Source: a virus
Direction: 5' to 3' (one strand)
DNA: 64,000 bases
Virus record (IMG/VR): IMGVR_UViG_3300045946_000018
Coordinates: 27,272 to 91,271 of that record
The first letter of the stretch is position 1, and the number at the start of each line of letters is the position of its first letter. The translations under genes and the position numbers were made by a program. Positions 37,588-46,421 of the stretch are shown here, in pieces. The notes under the pieces are model-generated. The model ran no database searches, was not told the origin of the DNA, and saw nothing but the letters and a program-made list of their open reading frames with translations.

Positions 37588-37794
37588 CTAATTTACCCGT
37601 GGCATATATATCTCATACCCTTTTGCGCTAAAATCTTCTACTAGACTTCGCACTTTATCTATATCTATCGCTTCGAGCGGCCTTTGCCAACTAGCAAATA
37701 TTTCTTTTTCTTCACCTATACGCAAAGTTAGCCGCGTGTATGGCGTGCCATCGAGCCTGTAGCTCCGTTCATCCGACCAATATACGCATTTCAT
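37588..37794 (-). CDS. Hypothetical protein
   Basis: ATGA overlap with upstream gene. Confidence 0.55.
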   Translation of the reverse strand: MKCVYWSDERSYRLDGTPYTRLTLRIGEEKEIFASWQRPLEAIDIDKVRSLVEDFSAKGYEIYMPRVN

Positions 37795-38246
37795 GGGGTA
37801 ATGTTCCTCGCTTCAAGTGCGCGAGATTTAATTGCTTCTATGTCCTCGCGTGTAACGGTTGCGTTAAGCGAATGTACTTTCGTAATTTCACCATACCCCG
37901 CGCGTCCGAGATGTTGTGCGGCGTATTTAGCTCGAAGTGCTACCGATGCGCCTGGCTCGCGTCCTTCAATTATTCGTTCGAGGTATTCTAGCGCTTTTGG
38001 TGCGAACTCACGTATGCGCCGACCTATATCAACTGTTTCCGCGTCCATTTCGGCTGTAAGTAATTCTACTTTTTGTTTACCAATTGGACTGTTGCGTACA
38101 TTCGATACTGTCTGCGGAGTAATCTGCAACTCGTCTGCAATTTCGATATTCGTTTTACCTAAACTAACTTGCTGTGCTATATTTGCGTGGAGTTCCCATA
38201 GCTTTTTAATATTGTATTTGCGAGCGTCTTTGAATCGCTTATCCAT
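37791..38246 (-). CDS. Putative terminase small subunit (HTH)
   Basis: KTNIEIADELQITPQTVSNV HTH; first gene of late operon; HLGRAGYG. Confidence 0.7.
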   Translation of the reverse strand: MDKRFKDARKYNIKKLWELHANIAQQVSLGKTNIEIADELQITPQTVSNVRNSPIGKQKVELLTAEMDAETVDIGRRIREFAPKALEYLERIIEGREPGASVALRAKYAAQHLGRAGYGEITKVHSLNATVTREDIEAIKSRALEARNITP

Positions 38247-38409
38247 GTCTAAATCCCCGTATATGTAACTCTAAATATTGAATGTAGCCAGGCTTACTAC
38301 TGGCTAAGTATTTACGTTCCTTGCGCGTTTCGATAATTCTATATTCATCGGTTAATTACTCCGAATCTATCTGCTCAATATAGAGCAAACTTTTCGCCAT
38401 CCGCCTATA

Positions 38410-38438
38410 ATTGTAGACCACTATTGATTTTTTGTCAA
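38410..38438 (-). promoter_or_regulatory. Leftward sigma70 promoter for morphogenesis operon
   Basis: TTGACA-17-TACAAT on minus strand. Confidence 0.75.
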
Positions 38439-38584
38439 GCTTCCGTTATACTAGAGAAAAGAATCTGTAGATAACACGCTATTTTAAATTCACAATTGAT
38501 TTTAGTGATGCGACAACGAAAGCTGTTCTCCCGATTTAGCGCAGCTAAATCGTCCCCATCGAACAAAATTTGCCAGCGAGTCGA

Positions 38585-38613
38585 TTTGCAATTTCCTGAG
38601 AGCGTGCTATAAT
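38585..38613 (+). promoter_or_regulatory. Rightward early promoter
   Basis: TTGCAA-16-TATAAT with extended TG. Confidence 0.65.
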
Positions 38614-38800
38614 ATAGTCACAATCAAATAGTAAATAGCATGACTCAGGCGGACTGAGGGCCCGCGCTGAGCTCGGTCTTTGACAACTAAATACAGCTCG
38701 GCCACACTAGCCGCAATTGTGTCCAGTGTGCCACAAGTGTACCTAACCGGTTTAACCTAGCCGGCATGATACGCCGGCATACTCAGCAAAGGAAATTGCA

Positions 38801-39199
38801 ATGGCGCGCAAGACTGAAGAATTAGTAGTGGCGGATGTTGATGTGGAATTGACGGCAGCTAACCTATTTGCCGCCAATGTTCCAGTGATGTACTACCCTG
38901 CTAAGGGCGAAACTGGAATCCAGTACCATATAAACATTCAATTCGCAGATTTTGCGGATATGAAACGCCGCGCTATTGAGAAAGTAAAACACGCTGTTGG
39001 GCATGCCATTAGGGATAAGAAAATTAACTCTGATGGACATGAAGCGGGTATTACTACTGTTGATAGCACGGGTTATCCGCCAAAATCGGCCATCGACAAA
39101 GTAGCGGACTTTACAGCCGCAGTTAAGGCCACTAAAGATGCCACTGAGAAAAAGGAGTTAGCGAAGTTACTGCAGGCGCTATTGAAAGACCTAAAGTAA
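38801..39199 (+). CDS. Early hypothetical protein
   Basis: AAGGA SD; first ORF after rightward promoter. Confidence 0.75.
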   Translation: MARKTEELVVADVDVELTAANLFAANVPVMYYPAKGETGIQYHINIQFADFADMKRRAIEKVKHAVGHAIRDKKINSDGHEAGITTVDSTGYPPKSAIDKVADFTAAVKATKDATEKKELAKLLQALLKDLK

Positions 39200-39206
39200 A
39201 TTAGAT

Positions 39207-39230
39207 GGGAGGGAGCAAATGTTCCCTCCC
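39207..39230 (+). terminator. Intergenic stem-loop
   Basis: gggagggagca/tgttccctccc. Confidence 0.5.
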
Positions 39231-39257
39231 AATTACTCACGTCCTAAGGAGAACATT

Positions 39258-39434
39258 ATGAAATGCAATATATGCGAACTAGCATTGTTTTCTAATGCTT
39301 TCGCCCTAGTTACACTCAGCACTCAGCCGGGAGTAACAATTAGACTGTGCCCGGTGTGCAATCACAAATTGACGCATTTTTTATTGGATCCGAAAGTTAA
39401 AACCATTTCTAAACCGGAGAATAAAAATGGCTAA
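39258..39434 (+). CDS. CxxC...CxxC microprotein
   Basis: AAGGAG SD; CNIC, CPVC. Confidence 0.65.
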   Translation: MKCNICELALFSNAFALVTLSTQPGVTIRLCPVCNHKLTHFLLDPKVKTISKPENKNG

Positions 39435-39636
39435 AGATTCCAGGTTATACACGCTGTTAATGCCCGGGAATAATATCTATTCAAAGCCGCTGCCAGAAAT
39501 ATTGACAAGTCTGGTGTTAGATTGCGGTATTGAATGGCCGCCATCTAAAACCCGCGCTATAAAAGGTATGAACGTCGGTCAGCAAATAGTATTTTATGCC
39601 GAGCTATGGACCTACACAATCAGGCGGGATAAGTAA
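39427..39636 (+). CDS. Hypothetical protein
   Basis: GGAG SD. Confidence 0.6.
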   Translation: MAKDSRLYTLLMPGNNIYSKPLPEILTSLVLDCGIEWPPSKTRAIKGMNVGQQIVFYAELWTYTIRRDK

Positions 39637-39684
39637 ACATTTAGCTGGGCAGGATTAATTTCCTGCCCAACAAGGAGAACGGAA

Positions 39685-39858
39685 ATGGAAAATAAAAATG
39701 TTGTCGCCTGTGATCTGTGTAATGCAAATATTAACCTGGTAATGGAGAATACTTATGTACTGCATTTAACAGATGGATTTACATATTGCATATGCAATTC
39801 GTGTGCAGATGCGGTTCACAAAATGGTAATTAATTTCAAGAGGGAGAAAGGAAATTAA
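39685..39858 (+). CDS. CxxC...CxxC microprotein (57 aa, not in track)
   Basis: AAGGAG SD; CDLC, CNSC. Confidence 0.65.
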   Translation: MENKNVVACDLCNANINLVMENTYVLHLTDGFTYCICNSCADAVHKMVINFKREKGN

Positions 39859-39859
39859 A

Positions 39860-40024
39860 TTGGAATCGAATTATTGCGAAATTTGCGGCTCGAATAGGGT
39901 TGACGTTTTGGTGTTACGTGTGTGGAGTAAAATATTCATCTGTGCGGAATGTAAGGAGGATATGTATGCGGAAGTAACAGCCGAATTAATTTCCAACGTT
40001 CAAATTTTAATTCCAAAGGAGTAA
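39860..40024 (+). CDS. CxxC...CxxC microprotein (54 aa, TTG start, not in track)
   Basis: AAGGA SD; CEIC, ICAEC. Confidence 0.6.
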   Translation: MESNYCEICGSNRVDVLVLRVWSKIFICAECKEDMYAEVTAELISNVQILIPKE

Positions 40025-40029
40025 CGTAA

Positions 40030-40188
40030 ATGGAAAAAGTTTTATGCGTGCGGTGTGAAAAGCCATTGCTAATTGAGTTTTATGGAATTGGATTTTGTAA
40101 AACATGCTTAATTGCAATGGTCGATCTGCTTGCGAAAAAACATTTGCTTGCAGATTTTATTGAGGAGGAAGGAAAAACTAAAATTTAA
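40030..40188 (+). CDS. CxxC...CxxC microprotein (52 aa, not in track)
   Basis: AAGGAG SD; CVRC, CKTC. Confidence 0.65.
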   Translation: MEKVLCVRCEKPLLIEFYGIGFCKTCLIAMVDLLAKKHLLADFIEEEGKTKI

Positions 40189-40205
40189 ACATAAATAGCT
40201 AATTT

Positions 40206-40240
40206 AATGGGCTGGGATTCATTTCCAGCCCATTTTAATT
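40206..40240 (+). terminator. Intrinsic terminator
   Basis: aatgggctgg/ccagcccatt followed by T-rich run. Confidence 0.65.
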
Positions 40241-40389
40241 ATTTAAAAAGTTTTAGCTTCGGAAAAAGGGGTCGGGGTTTCTTTACTGGTTTTCATAATT
40301 GGTTACAATTTTCCGTTAATAAATTTATTTAAATATGGAAATTAGGAAAGCATAAATTAAATGGAACATGTTCGGAATAAACTTTTTTC

Positions 40390-40405
40390 TTGACACATAC
40401 TCATA

Positions 40406-40417
<12 letters not shown>
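40390..40417 (+). promoter_or_regulatory. sigma70 promoter
   Basis: TTGACA-16-TAAAAT with extended TG. Confidence 0.65.
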
Positions 40418-40625
<208 letters not shown>

Positions 40626-40697
40626 ACCAAGATAATTAAAGGCCCGCGCTACGGAATGAGGTAAGCGTAGTGAAAATTACAGTAGGAAGGGAATAGA

Positions 40698-41165
40698 ATG
40701 GCCAAAATTACTAGATTCGTTAAACTAGAACATTTAAATGTGCAGACATATGTAGACGCCAGGCATTTAGCCCAGGCAGCCAGACTATTTCTACAAAACC
40801 AACATTATGGTGCGCTAAAGAATATGAGTGCATTAGTGCGCAGTATAATAGAGGATTGGATAGCACTACGTAGTGGGCAATGTGAAGTTAAATCACTTGA
40901 TGAAGCAATAGAAATATTAAATACGGTACAACTTGCGCCTGAACGTACGCCAAGAAGCAAGTACAGACGTGTGGATAAGGAAAATTATATAGCTGAAGCA
41001 CGAGAGCATGGCGCATATAGTGAGGAAAATATGGTGGTTACACCTACGGAATTAACTAAGTTAAAAAACAACACTATAGCTAAGTTAACACCACAGCAAC
41101 GCCAAATGGCTCAAGCTGCGCTAGAATTGTTACACAGTGGTACGCCATTAAATAAGGAAGATTAA
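40698..41165 (+). CDS. Early hypothetical protein
   Basis: 155-aa ORF with purine-rich SD. Confidence 0.65.
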   Translation: MAKITRFVKLEHLNVQTYVDARHLAQAARLFLQNQHYGALKNMSALVRSIIEDWIALRSGQCEVKSLDEAIEILNTVQLAPERTPRSKYRRVDKENYIAEAREHGAYSEENMVVTPTELTKLKNNTIAKLTPQQRQMAQAALELLHSGTPLNKED

Positions 41166-41256
41166 GCAGTAAATTACACCTGGGCCGGCCGATTAAAACA
41201 CCAAACTTTATTCGCCGGCTCACTTCGCAATTAAAATTTAGCCACTGGAGCAAATC

Positions 41257-41397
41257 ATGCGCTGTACTTTCTGTAATCAGCCCGCAACTACTGTGATTAG
41301 AACAGGCGAAACTAAAGCGATTTACACTTGCGCACACTGTTTTGATATAGCTTGGGAAATATTAACCTATAGTCGCTCCGCATCAAATACGGAGTAA
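41257..41397 (+). CDS. ClpX-ZBD-like C4 microprotein (46 aa, not in track)
   Basis: Repeat site plus GGAG; MRCTFCNQ...IYTCAHCFDIAWEIL. Confidence 0.65.
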   Translation: MRCTFCNQPATTVIRTGETKAIYTCAHCFDIAWEILTYSRSASNTE

Positions 41398-41407
41398 AAT
41401 TTTGTAC

Positions 41408-41436
41408 TTGACACAAGGTTGTAAAACTGTTACACT
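41408..41436 (+). promoter_or_regulatory. sigma70 promoter
   Basis: TTGACA-17-TACACT with extended TG. Confidence 0.75.
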
Positions 41437-41450
41437 CTTAGGGTAAGTAG

Positions 41451-41879
41451 ATGTTTATGGAAATTGAATCTAGAAAGGAACAGCGAATGGATATACCAGA
41501 TTTGGACCAAATTGATTTGGAAAATTTAACATCGACTCAGCTCCGCAAGCTAATCACTATGGTTAGCCGGCAAACTACACTCGCCAAATATAAGCATGTA
41601 TGCACAGCACAGAGAATATGCAGTACATGTAAAGTAAAACTGTGTTATGCGTGTTACAATAGACATTTGGAGGAAAAGCATGGCCTAGAAGCCGCGGTAT
41701 TTAATGATAAACTCGCGCAAGTAAGCACGCTATTCTTACCTGAGCAAAAAATTCAATCGTCGCCCCGACCAATTAAACCGAAAAAGGAGAAGTTAAACCT
41801 AAATAAAATTAAACAACGCGTCGAATCTGGTCAACTCACCCGCGAAGAAGTAGAACATTATCTGAGAATATTAAAATAA
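41451..41879 (+). CDS. Zn-finger-containing hypothetical protein
   Basis: CSTC...CYAC...H...H. Confidence 0.6.
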   Translation: MFMEIESRKEQRMDIPDLDQIDLENLTSTQLRKLITMVSRQTTLAKYKHVCTAQRICSTCKVKLCYACYNRHLEEKHGLEAAVFNDKLAQVSTLFLPEQKIQSSPRPIKPKKEKLNLNKIKQRVESGQLTREEVEHYLRILK

Positions 41880-41881
41880 GC

Positions 41882-42049
41882 GCCCAAACATTTTTTTGGA
41901 GCCTGGAAATGTGTACTTTAACCTTGAATCGCCTTGCAGCACGGAATAGACCGTCCGGCTTCGCCGCCCGGCCAAACGCTGTGCTGCTGCGGCCTTCGGC
42001 TGCGCGATTCAAGGCGTACACATTTCCTATCCAAAAAAATGGAATGGGC
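41882..42049. repeat. Rod-like hairpin element, family 2
   Basis: ggaaatgtgtac/gtacacatttcc, ccttgaatcgc/gcgattcaagg, gcagcac/gtgctgc; termini shared with 27981-28158. Confidence 0.85.
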
Positions 42050-42089
42050 TCAGCGAATTAAAATTTAACCACTGGAGGTAAATTTCGCA

Positions 42090-42227
42090 ATGTGGGACCG
42101 CGTGGTAATAGTTGTAGCATTCCTTTGTTTAGCGCTAATAAGTGTGCAAACTATAATTATGGGTAAAATTTTAGGAGATATAACAGCACTAATAGCCGCA
42201 TGTTGTAAGAACATAATTCAACCGTAG
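42090..42227 (+). CDS. Single-pass membrane microprotein (45 aa)
   Basis: GGAGG SD; paralogous to 42576 and 43390. Confidence 0.6.
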   Translation: MWDRVVIVVAFLCLALISVQTIIMGKILGDITALIAACCKNIIQP

Positions 42228-42313
42228 CCCCACACTCCGAATTTAAATTACGCTGCGCGGGCTACGCTCGAATTTTCCAAATTAAAATTTAACCACTGGA
42301 AAGGTTAAACTAA

Positions 42314-42553
42314 ATGAGTCGCGGACCTTGTATGTGCGGTGATTATATGTGCCCTAGCTGCGGACCAGCCCAAGGTTATAACCCAACGTATGAGTTAATA
42401 TTTGAATGGTTGGCCAATAAAGCGCTGAATAAAAAGTACGATATTAGCGAGGAATATGATATAGAAGCAGCAATTGACGCTGTGATGAGATTACTGGAGG
42501 ATGAACAAGAAGTTGTTGCGGCAATGATCAAAGCAGTCAAATCAGCGAATTAA
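42314..42553 (+). CDS. Hypothetical protein with CxC..CxxC N-terminus
   Basis: PCMCGDYMCPSCG. Confidence 0.65.
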   Translation: MSRGPCMCGDYMCPSCGPAQGYNPTYELIFEWLANKALNKKYDISEEYDIEAAIDAVMRLLEDEQEVVAAMIKAVKSAN

Positions 42554-42575
42554 AATTTAAACAATGGAGAAGCTT

Positions 42576-42698
42576 ATGCAAATTGATCGCGTAACCCTAG
42601 CGATAATAATAATAGGGTTTATTGTTTTAGCAGGTGAAACGTTATTACTAGGAAAAATGTTAGTTGAGATAACGGATTTAATTCGCCGTACTCATTAA
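42576..42698 (+). CDS. Single-pass membrane microprotein (40 aa)
   Basis: GGAG SD; DRV.....IIGF....ET..LGKML.EIT.LI. Confidence 0.6.
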   Translation: MQIDRVTLAIIIIGFIVLAGETLLLGKMLVEITDLIRRTH

Positions 42699-42714
42699 TG
42701 AAAGGAATTTCCAA

Positions 42715-42867
42715 ATGCCCATCTGTGTAATTTGCGGAGAACGTTTAGACGACAACAACTATTTATCAGTGGAGTTAGCTAACCAAAGCCAAATTGTGGT
42801 TTGTGTATGGTGTGCTTTACTTGTAGTTGAGCACCTCGAACAATTTAAAGCACATAAAGCAAACTAA
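42715..42867 (+). CDS. CxxC...CxxC microprotein (50 aa)
   Basis: AAGGA SD; CVIC, VCVWC. Confidence 0.6.
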   Translation: MPICVICGERLDDNNYLSVELANQSQIVVCVWCALLVVEHLEQFKAHKAN

Positions 42868-42978
42868 CTTGCTGCGAGGCACAGCGAATTAACTTTATCG
42901 TCGCCCCGGCCAACTTTACCGAAGTTTAGCCCGGGCGACGCTCGGATTTAAAATTTAACCACTGGAGGAAATTTCCCA

Positions 42979-43320
42979 ATGTCTAAACCAAATTTTACCG
43001 TTCAGGAGATTCGTGACGCATACCCAACACCAGTTGCATTTAAGCACGCAGACGATTGCAATTACTGTGTTGGAGGCGCGTTAGTAATGTTCCTGGCTAA
43101 CATTATTCCAGCAGATCAGCACGAAGAAGTCCGCTTTCCTAGTGAAGCGTCAATTCGAGCTGCGGTTGAGAAGTATAATTACAATATTCCTTACGAAATT
43201 GTTGAGTACTGTGTGAGTAAATTGGTATATAGGAATGATTTAGGCGATTTTGATATCGCATGGGCTGAGGTAGATTGTTTGTTAAAATATCCTCGCGCAG
43301 ACGCGCCTAACACCCTTTAA
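42979..43320 (+). CDS. Hypothetical protein
   Basis: Repeat site with GGAGG SD; YCVGGAL, NDLGDF. Confidence 0.7.
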   Translation: MSKPNFTVQEIRDAYPTPVAFKHADDCNYCVGGALVMFLANIIPADQHEEVRFPSEASIRAAVEKYNYNIPYEIVEYCVSKLVYRNDLGDFDIAWAEVDCLLKYPRADAPNTL

Positions 43321-43389
43321 TTTTAAGCCGAGGCCCGCCGCTCGGATTAATATTTCCGGGTTGCGGGCTACGATCGAGAGGTGCAGATT

Positions 43390-43536
43390 ATGCGAAATGA
43401 TTACACTATAGGTATCATAATGTTTGTGGGCTTTACTATACAAACTGTAATGCTGTTTCTAGTAGGTAAGATGGTAAGCGAAGTTTCAAGCCAAGCCGCA
43501 CGCATAGCTGAATTAATTATTAAAACGCATCCATAG
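43390..43536 (+). CDS. Single-pass membrane microprotein (48 aa)
   Basis: GAGG SD; paralogue of 42090 and 42576. Confidence 0.55.
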   Translation: MRNDYTIGIIMFVGFTIQTVMLFLVGKMVSEVSSQAARIAELIIKTHP

Positions 43537-43696
43537 TTCCACTGATTAAATTTTAAATTGGAGAAGTATATGGAATTAAAAATCCGACTCGTGGAGTACA
43601 TTAAATTTATGCAGGTACGTTTACGTGGTGATAGTGTACCTATATGGGTAATTGAGGACGTAGAAGAATTGATGCTTATCATGGAGAATCTTAAGT

Positions 43697-44074
43697 ATGA
43701 AACACGGCGATAAACAATGGGTTAGGCACGCGTTATCATTACGCGATATGCTAGATGAACAAAGTTTGGAGTATGTTATAGCACGTGCTCTAGCTAATTA
43801 TAACCCGGTAGGATTTAAATATTCTCCTACCGAAGTATTAAATTGTTCTTATTGTGATTTTGCAGCAACACAAATAGACCATGTACCACCGCTGAGTTAT
43901 GTGCGTAATTTATTGCGCTCTGAAGCTTATATGAGGTATTTCGAATTAGATTTATTATTGTATCCAGCTTGTTCTTCGTGTAATTCCATATTGGGTGATT
44001 TACCAATATTTAATTTGGAAGAAAGGAGGAATTATATTAAGCATTTCATTCGTGGAACACTTAGGGGTTCATAA
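43697..44074 (+). CDS. HNH endonuclease-like protein
   Basis: CSYC...IDHVPP...ACSSCNS. Confidence 0.75.
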   Translation: MKHGDKQWVRHALSLRDMLDEQSLEYVIARALANYNPVGFKYSPTEVLNCSYCDFAATQIDHVPPLSYVRNLLRSEAYMRYFELDLLLYPACSSCNSILGDLPIFNLEERRNYIKHFIRGTLRGS

Positions 44075-44221
44075 ATTACGGGCACTTGACAACGCACAAA
44101 GAATTGCTGCCACGCTTCCGAGCGACGAGGAGCTTTAGCTCCTCACAGCTCTGTTCCGCAGCAATTCGCGTTGTCAGGTGCTGAGCGAAGCTCAAGTAAT
44201 TTATGGGGGTCCCCTTGGTGT
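44057..44221 (+). repeat. Rod-like hairpin element, family 3 (with 59549-59717 inverted)
   Basis: agggg/cccct, cataaattac/gtaatttatg, gcacttgacaacgc/gcgttgtcaggtgc, gaattgctgc/gcagcaattc; GCGAAGC side hairpin. Confidence 0.85.
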
Positions 44222-44283
44222 GAAACACTAAAATTAAAAATCATTTATTAAATACATTTAACCCCTGGTTAAATATTTTTTTC

Positions 44284-44312
44284 TTGACACAGGGTTGTGA
44301 GTGTGTTACAAT
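44284..44312 (+). promoter_or_regulatory. sigma70 promoter for recombination/replication operon
   Basis: TTGACA-17-TACAAT with extended TG. Confidence 0.8.
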
Positions 44313-44418
44313 CTTAAGTATAAATTAGATAAACAATTTAACTCTGGAGGTGATTATAGCACAGCTCGGATGTGCCTAATTTCTATTTTATTTAACCTTT
44401 AATTGCGGAGCAATTAAA

Positions 44419-44952
44419 ATGTCTAAGACTGTGGATGTAAAAATTAAAACTCGTGGTAAGGCTGGCGCAACAGGGAAAGAAACTATTGTCCAGTACACAT
44501 TTGCGGATTCTTTGGATGAAGCAAAGGAGTGGTATGGCGAGAATCTTTGCTTAAATCTTATTAATAAATCTGTCCGCGTTGGTGCGCAAGCGGCAGGTCG
44601 ACCGTTACTTGAAGCGGGTAAACTTGATGAAGTACAAGCTGCGGTGAGCGCATTTAAACCGGAAGAAGGTTCGCGTCGTGGTCGTGTAAAATATATTGCC
44701 GATATGGACTCGTTGCGTGAAGAATTTAGCAATATGGCGCCTGCACAAAAGGCAAATATGATTGCTATGTTCGAAGCATATCTTAGAGGTGAGGAAGCTC
44801 CATCTGTTGAAAATGGTGATGATGACGATGATGAAAATGGTGGTGATGATGACGACGAAGATGCGGATCAACCTGCACCTACTGAATCTCCACCAACCAA
44901 TGTTAATCGCGCCCAACAGCGTAAGCGTGGTCCTCGGCTAAACTTTGACTAA
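44419..44952 (+). CDS. Hypothetical protein with acidic tract
   Basis: GGAG SD; DDDDENGGDDDDED; stem-loop at 44965-44991 follows. Confidence 0.75.
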   Translation: MSKTVDVKIKTRGKAGATGKETIVQYTFADSLDEAKEWYGENLCLNLINKSVRVGAQAAGRPLLEAGKLDEVQAAVSAFKPEEGSRRGRVKYIADMDSLREEFSNMAPAQKANMIAMFEAYLRGEEAPSVENGDDDDDENGGDDDDEDADQPAPTESPPTNVNRAQQRKRGPRLNFD

Positions 44953-45003
44953 TTAACTTTCTAAAGGGTAGCGTGTTTATTCCGCTACCCTATTGGAGTT
45001 TAT

Positions 45004-45177
45004 ATGGATCAACCTATCTGGGCTGAACCGCTACATTGTAGCGCATGTGAAGAAGAAATAGCTTCGGGAAATATAATTTATGTAGTGTGTGTTAAGTGTG
45101 CGTTGGTTCATTTTGTATTAGATGATCCGCATCAATTAACTCTATTCGAACTCCCTGCGTCGTCGGAGATACATTAA
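45004..45177 (+). CDS. CxxC...CxxC microprotein (57 aa)
   Basis: GGAG SD; CSAC, VCVKC. Confidence 0.6.
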   Translation: MDQPIWAEPLHCSACEEEIASGNIIYVVCVKCALVHFVLDDPHQLTLFELPASSEIH

Positions 45178-45178
45178 C

Positions 45179-45418
45179 ATGATAAATCTGGAATCGCGTT
45201 GTACGTTGTGTGATGCAGAAATTAGAGCGGGTGATCGTGCTGATTACGTTTGTGGATTATGTATGGAGACATTAGATCGAAGTGTGTTGGTTGTATCACG
45301 GAGAGAATTAAGCGAATTGATTAAACTATTAGAAGGGGATACGACACTACGCCGAGTACAAATAATATTTACAGCACTGTATAATGCAAACAAGCGAATG
45401 TTGGTACGTTTCCAGTGA
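45179..45418 (+). CDS. CxxC...CxxC small protein
   Basis: CTLC, YVCGLC. Confidence 0.65.
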   Translation: MINLESRCTLCDAEIRAGDRADYVCGLCMETLDRSVLVVSRRELSELIKLLEGDTTLRRVQIIFTALYNANKRMLVRFQ

Positions 45419-45443
45419 TAAAATTTTAAATCGGAGGTTTGAA

Positions 45444-46421
45444 ATGAAGTTACTTGACATTATTCAAGAGCACGAATCGTGGCGTATTATTGATTCGAGT
45501 AAATTAACTACATTTATGACATGCCCACGTAAGTTTTTCTTTCGACATATATTGGGCTGGACACCTAGCGCGCCTAGTAACGATTTAGTATTCGGTAGTT
45601 CGTGGCATCTCGCGGCGGAACATTTGCTGCGTAGTGGTTATACAGATAAATCACTACGTGAAGCGCAAATGCTATTCCTCTACTCATATCGTCAAGTATT
45701 TGAGGAACATACGGATGAGTTATTCTATCCAAAATCCCCATCTAATGCCGTAAAGGCATTAGAATCTTACTTTGCGCGTTTCTCGCAAAGTGATAGACAA
45801 AATTTTAGTGTGTTGCACACTGAAGTTGGTGGAGCAGCATTAATTGGACCAGACATGCCCATGTATTTTAAGTTAGACGCTTTGTTATTAGATGAGCAGT
45901 CTGGGATGTACGTTTGCTTAGATCATAAAACATCGAAGTACAAGTTTTTTAATTGGACCGAATCGTGGGATGCTGCTCCACAAATGCAGTTTTACGCGCA
46001 CGTACTGCGCTGTCTATATGGCAATAAACCACAGGAAATGCGTATTCGCGGTGCGTTCTTTTATAAGAGCAAGCCCGCGGAGTTCGCTGAAGCATTTCCA
46101 GCAATAGATGAGCATAAAATAGAAGGAGACTTGAATTCGCTAAGGAGTTGGTATATTTCGCTGTTGACTAATTTAGAGGATTGTATTACTGAGGATGACA
46201 CCGAAGAAGAATTGATGCTGAGTTTCCCCAAGAATACGTTGAGTTGTTATAATTACAATCGGCCGTGCCCATATTTAACTGTTTGCTCGGCTTGGAACAA
46301 TCCACTTCGTAACGCAGATGAGGAGCCACCAATGTCTATGCACGTCGAATATTGGGACCCAAGAAAGGACGACAAAATCCGTGAAGCATTTGATCTAACG
46401 AAGGGAGAAACGGGTGAGTGA
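45444..46421 (+). CDS. PD-(D/E)XK Cas4/RecB-like exonuclease
   Basis: SKLTTFMTCPRK, FGSSWH, KLDAL, DHKT, QMQFY, C-terminal C...CPY..C. Confidence 0.85.
   Translation: MKLLDIIQEHESWRIIDSSKLTTFMTCPRKFFFRHILGWTPSAPSNDLVFGSSWHLAAEHLLRSGYTDKSLREAQMLFLYSYRQVFEEHTDELFYPKSPSNAVKALESYFARFSQSDRQNFSVLHTEVGGAALIGPDMPMYFKLDALLLDEQSGMYVCLDHKTSKYKFFNWTESWDAAPQMQFYAHVLRCLYGNKPQEMRIRGAFFYKSKPAEFAEAFPAIDEHKIEGDLNSLRSWYISLLTNLEDCITEDDTEEELMLSFPKNTLSCYNYNRPCPYLTVCSAWNNPLRNADEEPPMSMHVEYWDPRKDDKIREAFDLTKGETGE

Noticed and set aside
41227-43565. Recurring 22-bp repeat as a CRISPR array
   Set aside because: Spacing is irregular (hundreds to thousands of bp), intervals contain ORFs, copies are degenerate and in both orientations; the Cas4-like gene sits in a recombination module
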